Of a DNA stretch of 64,000 bases, positions 63,853 through 64,000 are shown one piece after another (the stretch's first letter is position 1; each line of letters opens with the position of its first letter). The position numbers were made by a program, and so were the translations under genes. Below the pieces are notes generated by a model. It did no database searches. It was not told the DNA's origin and worked only from the letters and a program-made list of their open reading frames with translations. Origin of the DNA: Oscillospiraceae bacterium (GTDB lineage Bacteria > Bacillota > Clostridia > Oscillospirales > Ruminococcaceae). Location of the stretch: contig DAOTHJ010000006.1 in the NCBI GenBank assembly GCA_035447605.1, positions 14,488-78,487 of the forward strand. The letters run 5' to 3'.

Positions 63853-64000
63853 GAGCCTAAACGCAAGAAAAAGTAAGGCTGCCTATTTAAAATTACTTTC
63901 TACTATTGTCGAGGTTTTATGCCAGGTTGAATGTCGGCTCCGAGACTGACTATTTACATAGGAACGACCGAAACTATAAGGAGAATTATATATGCAATAT

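Larger units (their letters stand above)
63005..64000 (+). mobile_element. Left part of an AT-rich integrated element (runs past the window end) inserted in the 3' end of the RumA-family gene
   Basis: G+C drops from about 63% (62941-63000, counted) to about 37% (63301-63360, counted). Contains a junction hairpin, phased direct repeats, an lnu-type resistance gene, and a new ORF starting at 63993 (ATG after AAGGAG). Confidence 0.75.

Overview
The window is a high-GC (about 60-65% by eye) Firmicutes/Clostridia-type chromosomal segment, densely packed with recognisable housekeeping genes. These are: pyrR, upp, a DUF523/TudS-like gene, an ACT + UPF0210 pair, tmcAL, ackA, a Cys T-box leading cysE-cysS, addB-addA, an L20-leader-type region leading infC-rpmI-rplT, dprA-topA-trmFO, plsX-rnc-(radical SAM)-smc, coaX, panE, proC and greA. 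Several sporulation or cell-wall genes are also present (PdaA-like deacetylase, a D-Ala-D-Ala carboxypeptidase, an M23 peptidase). I see no rRNA gene, no complete tRNA gene and no CRISPR array.

Accessory content:
1. An orphan phage lysis cassette at 4757-6917 (tail-fibre-like gene, small membrane protein, holin, GH25 endolysin) with no integrase or head genes.
2. A frl-like sugar or amino-sugar uptake and catabolism operon at 24532-29853.
3. An abrupt switch to AT-rich DNA at about 63005. It replaces the last codons of a RumA-family rRNA methyltransferase gene, carries four phased 19-nt direct repeats and a lincosamide nucleotidyltransferase (lnu-type) gene, and runs off the window end.

The most unusual signal is a recurrent structure not explained by the gene calls. 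Short tandem duplications (offsets 139-176 nt) sit exactly at gene 3' ends or at ATGA stop/start junctions: DUF1294/rlmA-like, the rlmA-like 3' end, addB/addA and the smc 3' end. More decayed arrays of similar period lie downstream of the endolysin gene and possibly downstream of the HAD hydrolase gene. In the two junction cases the duplication creates an open micro-ORF that is ATGA-coupled on both sides. In the best-preserved copies (addB, smc) the point differences are all synonymous, and in the rlmA-like 3' copy 4 of 6 coding differences are synonymous. This could be real biology or a strain-haplotype assembly artefact, and read-level checks would decide.

All alignments and motif calls were made by eye from the sequence. 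No database search was run.
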